A DNA stretch of 64,000 nucleotides from Mobula hypostoma. Lineage: Eukaryota. Positions 1 to 12,970 of this stretch are shown here, piece by piece (position 1 is the stretch's first letter; each line of letters begins with the position of its first letter). The notes beneath the pieces are model-generated. The model searched no databases. It saw nothing but the letters and a program-made list of their open reading frames with translations, and was not told the DNA's origin. Both the position numbers and the translations under genes were made by a program. The DNA lies in the NCBI RefSeq assembly GCF_963921235.1, contig NC_086097.1, positions 186,622,001 through 186,686,000 on the forward strand, in the 5' to 3' direction.

Positions 1-3000
1 TTATTGTTTCTCAACAATTTCAAAAATGTAGAGCTTAATTCGATGTTTTATATCATTAAAGTCTTCTATTGTTCATAATTATAAGAACCACAAGTGTGCA
101 TTGTATAGCTGCAAATTGGTAAGTTTAAATAAAATAAATCTCTGTGCAAACTCACTTGGGTATATCTTCAGATTTCTGCTCTAGCTGCTAATTCATAAAA
201 GTTCTCGCGTGATCACGTGAAAAGTAGTTTTGCACCAAACCACAGGTAGGCACAATCGGTTATTGATATAATCTTCTCTCGGTGAGGCTTCATTACGTAT
301 TGAACTGAGATCGGGATGCATTACTTGCATATAGTGTACACTTCCTGCTCTAACTGTTCGCATGTGTGCAGTACATTGGTAGCGTTGGTCTTGTTTCCCA
401 TTCATTGAGGCGTTGATAAGCGACCAAGTCTTTAATACAGCATGATAGTTCTTCCCTAATTAATTTCCTTACTATTCCTGCTTTATGCTCTTATAATCGA
501 ACTAAGAAAAAATAATCCGCGTATATTTAATTAAATTAATGGAATTAATGGAAATAAATTTTGAAAATGCAGAATTTTCTGTGGTACTGGATCACACCTA
601 AAATCTTAAAGTGGTTTCTGCTAATAGCGGCAACTTCAGGTTAAAATCCATTTACTTTACACAGTAATACGCTTTAGAAGTTATGCATCCAGATTATGTG
701 TCATTGAACCTAAATTTTAGGAAGGTATTTAATATTTAACAGAAATCTGTTCTACAAAAGCATTTGGGTGAGGTTCATTTATCTTAGTTTAGGATCTTCT
801 AGTAAAATCTTATGCTTTGCAATGTAGTACGATTGTTCAGTTTTTTTTTCTTTTGCCTATTATTTCTTAACTTGAGCAAACCTCATTTTCAACAGTCAAA
901 GTTAAATTTGAAGTCTCATATATTAATTTACCATTGTCACCAAGACCAGAAGGGTCGTTTAATATTCTCTTAAAGAATTTTGTAGTATCTAATCAGCAGC
1001 CTTTGGAAAAGCTTGTTTCATTCAATGGTACCGTCTCCTTGCTTTTATTTTTGCCCTGAAATATACAGAATCCGGCAAATGTACCAATAATAATAAAATA
1101 ATCCTAGCATGTAAAATAGTGCTGTTATTCAACTTTTCTTTGCAAATGACACTCCAACACCGTAACATTAATGAATTTGAAAGTATATTTTGATATATAG
1201 CATTTAAATCTAGTGACTCTGACATTATTTCATGCCTATTGGAACAGATCCCGTTGCACAATGAAATGTTTGCACCATAGACATAGCAACATCCGTCACT
1301 GCAGGTGGGCTCCAGCCTTTCCCACGATGCCATGTATTGCGATCCATGCTTCACCCCGTGAGGAATTTGGGCGCCCAGACCATATATTGTTTCTCCGCTC
1401 GTTTTGGTTTATAATCAATGAATTATTGACAGTGATTGCCGTTAGAATCAAATTGATCCTATGTTCAAGTGATAAAGGTATCCTTACAGCCAGGATTACG
1501 GCTCCAAGTTGCATGAGACAAAAATATTCCGATTTTTAATATTCGACATACCAAATAATATTCGGTATATGAGTGATGTCAATGCCAGAGGAGGGACTTA
1601 CAAGTTTCACATTAAATAAGGGTAACAACTCCAACCACACTACAAAACGATTTCATATCACATACTGTCGGCATTTTTCTCCAATATTTTCTTGAATGTC
1701 CTTCTTTCCTGCAAAATTACTTTGGGGTTTTCTCGCCCTCACAACGAGCTATATTACATGTGTGGGCGTATACTTTAGTAACGTTTCAAAGACTAATAGC
1801 CCACATTTCTTATTCAGGATACATATCGCTGCTGGATCGACGTGGCGATTTACATGGATTTGTATTTGTTTCAAACAACACCTATTAAAACACATTGGGT
1901 TGGAAATATTTCGATGTAGTTGCTGCAAATTGAAAGTTGACGTGGATTTTGGTCACGAGCACTTACTTAAGGGTACGTTTGACAATTTATTCAAAAATAT
2001 GGCTTCTTGACTTTTTGCCGATGAACTTCAAAACCAATAATTTCAATATTTTGAAAAAAATCGGAAGAAAAGATAAACATTGTTTATTTGATTTTCACTG
2101 CTGAAAGAAATAGAGAAGGGGGGTGACTTCACTCGGGAATAACCTATTTCTTATGTTCAACGCTGCTTCATTTTACGCGCAGAAACTCTATCGCAGATAA
2201 CTTAGCGGCTTTACCTAACTAGGATTTATGTTCGGAAAACCAACAGTGGGCGAACAGGACCTAAGTTTAAAGCGTCAAAATCTGTGGGTCAAATAGGGCA
2301 ACTGTGTAAAACGGTTTCCATTGAGTTTTGAAGTGCTGAGAAAGTAAAGACCAATTTTGCAGATTTCATCAATAGAGTAGGAAATTGAGAAGCAGTTGAG
2401 AACATGCGCAAAGCAGAATATAAAGCAAAAGAAACAAAAGTAATAGGCAAAGAGATCAGAAAGTAAGGGCATGTTGAGGATACCGTTGAGGGAAGCATCG
2501 GCGAACGAGAAACGACATTTCAAATAAGTGGAGAAAAAGAATTAGTAACAAGCACGTTTTATGAGAATTTTCAACTTCAGATGTTAAAAATAAAACAGCA
2601 AAAAAGAAATTACACAGCTCAGTGAACCTGGTAAGAAACTCTGATTATTGGCAACCAGTTGAGGACCATTACTGAGAACCGTATTATAGTCGGTTTCAAA
2701 GTTCCTTTGATCTATCTGTTGATTTTCATGGACGTCATATGTGGTTATTTTATAGGTACACTCTTTAAACATTTGAAACAGCAATGAATAAAGGACTTAA
2801 AACATTTGCTCTGCAGTGGAAATATTATTTCAATACAGTGAACGATTGGAATTATGAACCTGATTGTTCAATTTAACATCGTGGAAAAGTGATCTTCGGC
2901 TTAGACATAGGAAAGACACAGGGTCATTTCAAGCTTTGGTTAAAGGGTTAACCCATATAAAATATTCTTAATTGTTGATACGATCAGATTTAATCTCAGC

Positions 3001-3229
3001 ACTTTACTCAAAAATGCTGCTAAACATGTTTTTAATTGCAAGTATATTTTAGGTATGCATGTACTAGCTTTCCTGCTTCAAACACGGATACATACGTATT
3101 GTCTATGTGCAGATGGCGTTTATTGTTAAGCAATGAATGATTATTCACAGTGAATTAAAAAGAGATATATGCAAAATATTCTTAACGATGATAGACTATA
3201 ACTTCATATCAGCACTACAAAGGTAACTT

Positions 3230-3790
3230 TTAGAGGAGAATTGAATATCCGACTCAGGGTTGGGATTCAAAAGGCAGAGTGCGCTCTAAATTGTACAGGA
3301 TACCTACACAGAAATCTGCGGGTGCACGGCAAAGAATCCAAACAAGTTCCCTGAAGTGATACCGGAACATAAAGAGTTAAAATTATATGGGCCAGTTACA
3401 TGAAATGATGTTATATTCCCTTAGGTTTAGAAGTTGAGTTGAATTGTATGATTGAGGCTTTACATTGCTTTGAAACGTTAGAGGTGGCGAAATTGTTTTC
3501 TGTTGGACAATCCACAAAAAGGAAGCGCAATGTGAAAACTGCAACTAGATCATTCAAAGATGAAAGCAGGAAGCACGTTTTCCACAAAGGAAAATAGATA
3601 TCCAGAACTTGTTCGTCAAAAGGCAGTTAAAATAACCGACGCAGCCGTCATTAGATCGGCGACTGGCAACAGAGTACAGAGACGTGGAATAACAGCAAGA
3701 GAAAACGACGATCAGTGCTGCGAGATTGAATGAATGGTTTAACAGGCTGAAGGAGCTCAATGTCGTGCTCCCGGTTCTTCATGTTCCCAA
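3230..3790 (+). mobile_element. Old CR1-like LINE 3' remnant
   Basis: Degenerate resemblance to the 3' ends of other CR1 copies in the window, ending ...CTCCCGGTTCTTCATGTTC. Confidence 0.45.
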
Positions 3791-4489
3791 AGCAACATTT
3801 GTTGCTATTTCCTCAGATCTGATAGGAGGTTGGTAACGCGGAACGCTAAATCTTCTCTATCCATTGATGCTGACGGACCTGCTAAGTATTTCCATCCTTA
3901 TTTTTATTCCCTCTCAATATTACTTTCGGGGGGGGGGCGCGGGAGAGAGACTAGGGGAGAGGGAACAGTATCAGCAGATGATTAACTGAGATTAAGATTG
4001 TCATTCTGTTCCGAACGTTCACCTGATCAACACACGTGCAAGAATGATCCATCATTTCTTTATTGTACACGAAAAACGGCGAGAAATTGTTACCCCTGTG
4101 CGTATTTGAAGAATAATTGTTCAGATGCAAGGTTCTTTGTGCATGAAATAAATACTTAATAAAATGCGTTATTTCCCTCTCCCAAATACGTAATGATATC
4201 GTTTCCTCTTGCTCTCCAGTACAGAATCCCAATAGTAAACGGAATATATTCCTGATTTCTTTGAATTTAATATAATTTGCCCTTTCCCACATGCAGAGTG
4301 AACGTGGTAAATAGTTATCTCCGTGCTTTCCTGAGCAGTAAGTGGTTAATGTTGGCAGCGCCGCCCACTCAATAGTAAACAATCAAATACGTCCTCCTCT
4401 GTTCCCACACATAGAGTCAATAGTTACTAATATCCATTGCTCTTTTTTTTAATCTGGAAAAATACCCAAGAAGAATAACATTCCTTTGC

Positions 4490-4814
4490 ATTGATTGCGT
4501 ACAGTTAACGAGGCGCATGTTTATCCCTCCATGTTTACAAACCTTTGCCTCTACATACTAGTCCATGCTGTGAAGGTCCGGCACCTTTCCCCTTGGCAGC
4601 GGTTCCTTTCCTCTCACCTGCCAGCCGAATGGTAGCAGCTGGCAGGAAACAGTGGCGCGTGCGCAGTGAGCATGGAGGGCTGGGCAATCGCGCACGAGCT
4701 GCATTTAGAGGGCGCGAGCCGGCAATTGTGGCTCAGATTGAAATTGACAGTGGAAGGTGGCGTGCGGCTGTAAACCTCCAGCACACAGGTAACTAGGAGC
4801 AGCACCAAACGACC
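4490..4814 (+). promoter_or_regulatory. CpG-rich proximal promoter/5'UTR of calb1
   Basis: Local GC/CpG peak just upstream of the ATG; E-box CAGCTG at 4636-4641; NRF1-like GCGCGTGCGCA at 4655-4665. The TSS cannot be determined. Confidence 0.6.
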
Positions 4815-4902
4815 ATGGCGGACATGCACAACCTTTACCTGCAAGGGATTGAAGACTCGACCTCGCAGTTTTTGGAAATTTGGCACCACTATGATAATGC
4901 CG
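4815..4902 (+). CDS. calb1: calbindin exon 1 (coding part)
   Basis: Kozak ACCATGG; MADMHNLYLQGIEDSTSQFLEIWHHYDNA+G; donor GTAATT at 4903 (phase 1). Confidence 0.93.
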
Positions 4903-5319
4903 GTAATTGTGACATTTTGCAAAAAAAAAACATTGAATTCGACCGTGTGGTATTGTGCAAGATTAATGCTTTTATATCTGTTCACAAGAGCTTCCATCCA
5001 GTTGTGCATAATATTTGAACACCAAAAGTTTTTTTTAAATCGATGAAATAACTCTATTTTTACAAGTCAAATTGTAAAAAGGAAATTGGATTAAAATGAG
5101 TAATATATCCAATTCTAACTTGATTGGGGTTGGTAAATGTAAATTACCACGACAGCGTAGGTGAAGGGTAGGATCTGGGAGAGGGCTAATGGAAGTATAG
5201 GGAGAAGCGAATGGAATCACACTAGGATCGATAAACGGTGTTAATCTGGGGACAGGGGACAATGTATGACTCCAAGTACGAAACTTTGTTATAAATAAAA
5301 GTGTGCCTTACTATTTTAG

Positions 5320-5396
5320 GTCATGGTTATATTGATGGGAGAGAACTGCAGAACTTCATTGGAGAACTCCAACAAGCTCGAAAAGGCGTTGGCTTA
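5320..5396 (+). CDS. calb1: calbindin exon 2
   Basis: Acceptor TATTTTAG; (G)HGYIDGRELQNFIGELQQARKGVGL; donor GTAAGT; 77 nt. Confidence 0.95.
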
Positions 5397-6898
5397 GTAA
5401 GTGTTAAATAACAACAACAATGTACTTAATGGAATAAACTCATGTAGAACCGAATTATAATGGTCGAAGAACAGAATTCAATCAGTAATAAATATTAAAG
5501 TCTGGATTTTGCATTCTTGGGAGCACTTTTTGAACAGGTTACAGATGCAAAAACCAAATACCTGTAGAAACTATTTCCGCTTCTGAAAGCGATAAGAGAT
5601 ACAAAAGTGAATTAAATTGTTTATTATTCCCTCAAGCTTCCTCGGTGGTTTCACTAATGTATCTGTCGGAAACGCCCAAGCACCGGGCTAAACATTTCAC
5701 AATTGATTGCATTGAGACTCTAGATTTCACCCAAGATCTGCTGCCTTACTCCCTTGACCTGGCGCTAAATAGTGGGATCTGGTTGATCCACAAATTAGTG
5801 GCTACAGTATTCTTTCTCTCTGGCTCCACCTCAGGCAGTTTGTAGATTGAGTCGCTTCTGCTGAAATTCGGGAGTTTAATTCACTCGGTGTTTGAAAGGC
5901 GATTACATGTAAAATACTTGTACATCATATGTAATCCAATATAGTTTACTTCGGAGGCTTGTTTTCCTCGTAATTAAAGAACTTGCGATACTAAGTTTAT
6001 AAATTAATGAAATGTTAGCTCTCAATGATATTCTATGTATCAGCAGGTTGATAACAGTGAAACACGACTATATAAAATACTAAGATCTGTCACAGATGTG
6101 AATACCGTAGTGTCAAAAGTTGGCCGATAGCTACACCGCTGTTTCCTTGACTACGGGCTTCTTGTAAAAGGGCACGCGGGCATTATTACTGATATTGCCT
6201 GACGACGAATCTCACCGGTGGCAATTATGGACCATTATGTAATACTCCTACAATGCTCTAGTTTTGATTACTATCTCTAATTCGTGATTCGCTCTTCTGT
6301 CCTTTATGAGCATTTGTTTTATTTCCCTGAAAATGATTATCATACACAATAGGTAATCTGGGATAGGTCTTAACTTCGGTGAAGGGCAATAAATTCGCAG
6401 GTTAATTACAAATTAATGATAAAGGGAATGTTCCTCTGAGGAGTGAGGTACAGAAATATTCACAAATTAAGCTTTTAAGAAAATAAGTTCTGCATATAAT
6501 TGGGTAATATCATTGGGCATTCACAAGCAATATGGATTTAAAGTAGTTAACTCGTTGAAGTTTTTATGATGTAAAGTAAGACATTAATCTCTGTAACAAG
6601 TAAATAAAACTTTAATTGCTTATTGTAAATCAAAATCCTGTGAATGTTGAAGTACTGAAATAAAATCAGTGCTGAATATACTGATTGTCTTACGATTTCG
6701 AACATTTTCTGCTTTCTGTATTTTAGAATGTTTTGCTTATTTCATTTTACAACATTATGTAACTATCTGCAGCACCAGAAAACGTTGTCATCCACACTTC
6801 TTTTATTGTGCTCAAATGTGTACTTGTGTGTTCTGCTGTGCTGAAGGCCAGAATCTTGTAGGAATGTTCAGTAACAGCGCTAACATGATCAATTCTAG

Positions 6899-6973
6899 GA
6901 ATTGTCTGATGAAGTGAAAGCTTTGGTGGAGAAGTATGATCAGAGTGCTGATGGAAAAATCGAACTGGCAGAC
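6899..6973 (+). CDS. calb1: calbindin exon 3
   Basis: Acceptor TTCTAG; ELSDEVKALVEKYDQSADGKIELAD; donor GTAAGA; 75 nt. Confidence 0.93.
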
Positions 6974-8237
6974 GTAAGAATCTCCATTTGCATTAACTTT
7001 ATCACATTTGACATAAACTAACTTAGGAAAGATTTTATTTCATTTTTTGAAGAAATTTGGCACTTTGGTTTGTTATTACCTGCACTTTTTAATATTTATA
7101 CAAAAGGATCAATTTATGGGGATGGGGATTTACCATTTGCTTAATATTAACGTTCCTTACTTGCATATTGTCAACAGGTATGTGATAGAATGGCACGGAG
7201 AAATAAAAACATCCAGGAGCACTCTTGTACGAATCCTGATTTTAAACGTTTAAATGAATCTGCTACTTCAGATTTAAAAATTCTATTCTCACTTTCACCT
7301 TTTGGCAAAGTTGATTAAATGTGAAGTCTGCAGAACAATAAGCTCCAGAAATATTCAGTAAAAAAAGATCATCAGAAATTTATGCATCAGTAGCTTGGTA
7401 GTTTACTAAGTTAGTTTTGAAAGAAAATTATATTTTGCCTGTAATTTAATTTATTATATTCTTGAGTCAATTCAGCAGCAGAAGCATTGTCCGTAGGAGA
7501 TAAATACCACTTTAAGGCTGAGCCAACCTGAGCATAATTGTAGTTGGTTGCAGAATATTTTTGGAAAAGATCTTAATAGCTGATCCCTCATCTGTGCCCT
7601 TTGAGAGGGAATACAATTTTGCCAAAAGACTTCTAAAGAAGAAATATAACCAGTAAACTTAACATAGTCTTTTAAACACATTCGAGTATCAAATTAAACA
7701 CTTTTCATAGATTGATATTGATTCTAAGAAAATTACCTAAGTGTCAGAAGAAACATTTTCAAAATCCAATTTCAATTTATGTTTAAATCAAAAGCTAAGT
7801 GGGATTTACCCAAAATAATGAGAATGGTTGAAACAAAAGCAATTATTCTGCAGCAGTCATAATGTAATAAACAAACTAATATTTTCATATTTACTTTATC
7901 ATGTCTCAACTATGATTTCTATTAATACTTGAGGAATTTGCAAAGCTCTTCTGTGCAAAATGAAAATGAGTTTAAATGATAGGAATTAAATAATAGTATA
8001 CCTGTATATGTTTTTGCATCACAAACTATCGTCGTTCTGTGGTAATCGATGTAAATTTAACAATTCACAACTGGATGTCAAGCGATGACTTAAATAATAT
8101 CACGATGGAAGTGCGTGAGTGTGTGTTTCCTAGATCAGCTGTGTTAAGACAATACAACAACTCTTCAGTATATGCCAGTCATGACTGACTAGATAAATTC
8201 TTCAGTGTAACCATAATTATGATGTATTGAAACCATC

Positions 8238-8275
8238 CAGTCCTGCCGAAAGGTCTCAGCCTGAAACGTCGACTG
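8238..8275 (+). ncRNA. Minimal type I hammerhead ribozyme motif (variant core) in a Penelope terminal-repeat fragment (8235-8345)
   Basis: CAGTC-CTGCCGA-A-AGGT(CTCA)GCCT-GAAA-CG-TC-GACTG: helix I CAGTC/GACTG, 4-bp helix II, GAAA, palindromic ACGT, GUC cleavage triplet. Core has C in place of A6. Confidence 0.6.
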
Positions 8276-8712
8276 TACTTTTTTCCATAGATGCTACCTG
8301 AACTGCTGGGTTCCTCCAACATTTTGTATGTGTTGTTTGGTTCATACCTAGTAATCTAGGAAGCTCAGGACTCAATCTGTGCAAGAATGCTAAAAGTGCC
8401 TTAAGTGGAAAGGAGAGCCTATCTCCAGGCTGACAAGTTCTTGAAGCTTGCAATTTTAGCCAACGACTTAATCAAAATGTATTTAAATTTCCCCTTTCTT
8501 TCTTGATTACTGATGCAGGGTAGCTGAAAGCTAGAGTAATTGTTTATCCTTTAGTAATGATAAGAGGAAGGCACAAAAGCATGGCAGGGAATTGGGGAAT
8601 AAAATTGTAATAGGATTGTCTCTTTTTAAAAAATAAAATAAGATAAAATCATTAATCAGTAATGTCAATGATGAGTTAGAAAACAGTGTTAACCAGTATA
8701 TTATTTTTCTAG

Positions 8713-8793
8713 CTTCTTCAGATTCTGCCAACAGAAGAAAACTTCTTCTTGTTCTTTCGGCAACAATTAAAATCAAGCACAGAATTTATTGAG
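8713..8793 (+). CDS. calb1: calbindin exon 4
   Basis: Acceptor TTTTTCTAG; LLQILPTEENFFLFFRQQLKSSTEFIE; donor GTATCC; 81 nt. Confidence 0.93.
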
Positions 8794-9914
8794 GTATCCA
8801 TGTCCTTGTCCAGTGATTGACAGAAATCAGATGGTCACTCTAATCATATTTTAAAGTATCTTTGCTCAGTAGAAGTTCAATATTGTTTGCTTTCCAAAAT
8901 TGAGATATTATTACTGTCTACAATACTCAAAATATTTTTTGAAATATTTCAAGTTACTCACTTGTATTAAAAAGTGTTTTGAGTGATGCTTGAATTTTTA
9001 TAGATGTTATAATAAAGTATGCAACAATGTACCATAAATTTGAATTAAGACATGCCCATGTGAAATATGTCTATTAGACATTTATTGGAATTGTGAAATA
9101 AATTACAGCTACTGACATCTTTGCTATAAATTATACAGTTTTGTTTTCGTATTATGGATGTATAAAGATTTTTGTGTATTCCACACTTTTAATCGTCTAT
9201 TATTGAGTTTTCTACACTAATTTAATGGTGCAAAATAAGATATTTTTGCTCAAGATAGATAACTGTACAAAGTCTGAGGGTGATTGTCAAACATAATTTT
9301 TGTATTTGGTGGTTGTTGCTACTACATGAAACTGCTTAAAACAAATTGTAGCATTGGCAAAAATAGAACATTTTTGCATGCTGAGCAATATTGACTGATT
9401 CTATACAGACAAAAATCAAAAGGAATGTCAAGATGCAGGAACAATACCAAAATTGGAATATATGCAGTCACTAAAACAAATTTTGCGATTATAATTTTAA
9501 ATTCAAATTTGATCCCAAGTATTGTAAACAAGGCTCTAGTTTGGGGCAGTGAAATGGAGAGATTGGCATGCAATACTGAGTTGGAGCAGAACAGGATACC
9601 TGAGACTTTCAGGAAATGTATAGTTTTAATGCTGTCAGTTTACATTTAATCAAAGCCTACAATAGGTTTAAATTTGAGGCTTGAGTCACATTGAACAGGA
9701 TGGTGCCAGGTAGATAATAACTTGGTCTCTTTGGGGATGGAGAAACAAATGTCACAGGCATGAAAAAATGTTTTGGCATATCTCTGCCACCTTCCAGCAG
9801 ATAACTCTATAAAATTCTGGCAGCAGCAGGAGAGCAGAATGATGATTTTCTCAAAAAGTATGGATGCTATTTGTATGAGCCAGCAAACAAATTCGTATTA
9901 AATTGCATATTGCA

Positions 9915-10420
9915 AACAGTCTGGTTAGCAAGCTATAGAAAGGATATTATTTCACTGGAGAGGGTACAGAGGGGATTCACTAATGATATCTGGTATGGAA
10001 TGCCTCAGCTATGAGGAGGGACTGGATGCACTAGGTTTGCTTTCCTTGGAGTGCAGGAGGGGGCAGCCTGAGTAATGTATACTAAATTGTAAGAAGCGAA
10101 GATAGAACACTAAGAAACGTTATCCCAGAATGGAGTCACATAAGCAAGAAAATATATGTTTAAGATAAAGAGTAATAGTGGATCAATAGAAGTTGTTTTT
10201 TTTTTAGCTCTGAGTGTGGTCACAATCTGAAATGCACTGTCTAAGAAGACAGTGGAGCCAGGTAATCAGGCAGCATTTAAACTATCTGGATGGGCACTTG
10301 AATCACTAGGGCAATGGAAAGCTACAGACCAAGTACTGTTAAGTATGATTAGTAGAAATGGGTACTTGATGATTAGCATGGACAAAAACAAAGGGCTTGT
10401 GCTTCATTGTATGACCCTAA
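9915..10420 (+). mobile_element. Degenerate CR1 3' fragment
   Basis: Decayed 'ctggagagggtacagaggggattcac...atgaggagggactggatg' RT C-terminal/3'UTR sequence. Confidence 0.6.
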
Positions 10421-10587
10421 TATTTTAGAGCAATATAAAAAAAATTAAAATCTAAATTCATCAAATTTGTTTTATATACAAAATGACTGGACAGATATTA
10501 ATCTTATTCAATAAAGGAAACTAAACAAATTGCTGTACTTAACAATCGTTTTTTTATTACAAATGAGTTAAACTGTTTTTTTTTCAG

Positions 10588-10644
10588 ACTTGGCGAAGGT
10601 ATGATGAAGATCATAGTGGCTTCATAGAGGCAGATGAGCTGAAG
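10588..10644 (+). CDS. calb1: calbindin exon 5
   Basis: Acceptor poly-T CAG; TWRRYDEDHSGFIEADELK (EF3); donor GTAAAG; 57 nt. Confidence 0.95.
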
Positions 10645-11354
10645 GTAAAGGCCAATTGTGCATAAGGTATTATACATGATAATACTGTATTCTAGTATAA
10701 TGTATTTTTTTTTAACCTGGAGAGCATGGCTGCTCATTGGGCACCAAATGACATGGAAATAATTAAGTTAATAATTGGGGGTGGGAAACAAAATTGGTTT
10801 GTAACCTTTTGGGCTGTAGGGTTACTAATCCTCAGAGCATCCTCAATTCTGTATAAGCTATGGCCTGTTATATTTTTGGATCTTTGGTATTTTTACTAAA
10901 TGTGAACAGTGTATAGGCTCCCCATTCTCGTGTTGAATTTAGTTGTAACTTTCTAATCCAATCTACTTGCCATTCTCTAGTGAAGCTTCTAGTGCTGGGA
11001 ACATATCTGCAGTACATTGGTACTTAGTCAATGTTTGTTTACTGGCTGAATTCCCCAGTTACAAACCAATGCAGTTGTTTGATGTTTGTATCTGTGTGAT
11101 CCCAAGGCTATGCCTGATACTGAAGAACAATGGTCACTAATGCAGACAAAAACTTGTTTTCAAAACATTTAAAAATTGTTTCTGGGTAATTTCCAGATAT
11201 ACTTCTCCTGAGTGCTGTCTACAAATAAATCGTGTTTCAATAAATGGCAAATTGTTTGGCTCCATGCCCCAGTCTCTCAATTTTATAAGTGGGGAGGTGA
11301 CAACAGCTTGCAGTAGTGGTATGAAATCCGAACTAGTGACTTTTTCTTTTTTTC

Positions 11355-12970
11355 TTCCTTTGCATCAGTCTTCACTGTGGAAGACACCAGTGGTATGCCT
11401 GATGTTGTAGTGTGTGCGGTTACTAATACAAGAGAGAAGGTGCTCACAAAGCTGAAAGGTACATAAGTCACCCAGGCCAGATGAACTTCACCCTAGGGTC
11501 CTGAAAGAGGTAGCATTAGAAATGATCTTTCTGAAATCATTGGACCCTGACATGGTGCCAGAGAACTGGAAAATTGCAAATGTCACTACACTCTTTAAGA
11601 AAGGAGGAAGGCAGCAGAAAGGAAATTATAGACAAGTTAGCCCAACCTCAGTGGTTAGGAAGATGTTAGTCAATTGTAAAGGATGAGGTGATAGAGTACT
11701 TGGTGACGCAGGACAAGACAGTACAAAATCACAAGGTTTCCTTCAGGGAAAATACTGCCTGAAGAACTTTTTGGAATTCTTTGAGGAGATTGCAAGTAGG
11801 ATAGATAAAGGGGATACAGTGGTTTTGGATATTTGGATTTTCAGAAGGCCTTTGACAAGATGCCACATATGAGGCTGCTTACCAAGTTAAGAGCCCATGG
11901 TATTACAGGAAAGTTACAAACATGGTTAGAGCATTGGCTGATTTGTAGGAGGCAGCGAGTGGGAATAAAAGGATCCTTTTCTGGTTGGGTGCCAGTAACT
12001 AGTGGTGTTCTGCAGGGGTTGGTGTTGGGACCACTTCTTTTTATGCTGCATATCAATGATTTAGATGATGGAATAAATGGCTTTCTTGCTGAGTTTACAA
12101 ATGATATGAAGATTGGTGGAAGAGCAGGTAGTGTTGAAGAAACAGGTGGGATGCAGAAAGACGTAGACAGATTAGGAGAATGGGTAAGAAAGTGGCAGAT
12201 GAAATACAATGTTGGAAAATGCATGGTCATGCACTCTGGTAGTAGAAATAAATGTGCGGACTATTTTCTAAATGGGGAGAAAATTCAGGAATCTAAGGTG
12301 CAGAGGGACATTGGAGTCCTTGTGCAGAACACTCTGAAAGTTAACCTGCAGGTTAAGTTGGTGGTGAGAAATGCCATGTTAGCATTCATTTCAAGAGATC
12401 TAGAATACAAGAGCAAGGATGTGATGCTGAGGTTTTATAAGGCACTGGTGAGGTCTCACCTTGAGTATTGTGAACAGTTTTGGGCCCCTCATCTTAGAAA
12501 AGATGTGCTGGCATTGGAGAAGGTCCAGAGGAGGTTCACAGGAATGAAAGGGTTATCATACGAGTAATGTTTGATGGGTCTGTACTCACTGGAATTCAGA
12601 AGGATGGGGTGGGGGGAATCTCATACAGAGTACATGTGGAAAGGATGTTTCCCTTGATGGAAGAGTCTGGGACAAGAGGACGCAGCCTCAGGATAGAAGG
12701 GCGCCCTTACAAAACAGATGCAGAAAAATTTCTTTAGCCAAAGGGTGGTGAATTTATGGAATTTGTTGGCACATGCAGCTGTGGAGGCCAGGTTGTTGGG
12801 TGTATTTAAGGCAGAGATTGATAGGTTCTTGATTGGCATGGCATCAAAGGTTATAGGGAGAAATCCGGGAACTGGGGCTGAGGAGGAGGAAAGAAAAAAT
12901 CAGCCATGATTGAATGATGGAGCAGACTCAATGGGCCAAATGGCCTAATTCTTCTCCTATGTCTGGTGAT
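11355..12970 (+). mobile_element. CR1 LINE, 5'-truncated, RT pseudogene
   Basis: ORF 11833-12567 DFQKAFDK..SGVLQGLVLGPLLF..HLEYCEQFWAP; FFSQRVVNLWN; 3'UTR ATGGGCCAAATGGCCT. Confidence 0.9.

Noticed and set aside
193..4382. Short upstream ORFs as a neighbouring gene
   Set aside because: No recognisable protein similarity or consistent exon structure.
4783..4797. Donor-like CAGGTAACT in the 5'UTR
   Set aside because: Too close to the ATG for an intron and no supporting acceptor.
4903..5018. Read-through of ORF 4815-5018
   Set aside because: Similarity ends at the GT donor at 4903; the remainder is intron 1.
11833..12567. 244-aa RT ORF as an active or domesticated gene
   Set aside because: The catalytic FADD is mutated to FTND and the flanking frames are broken; a dead CR1 copy.
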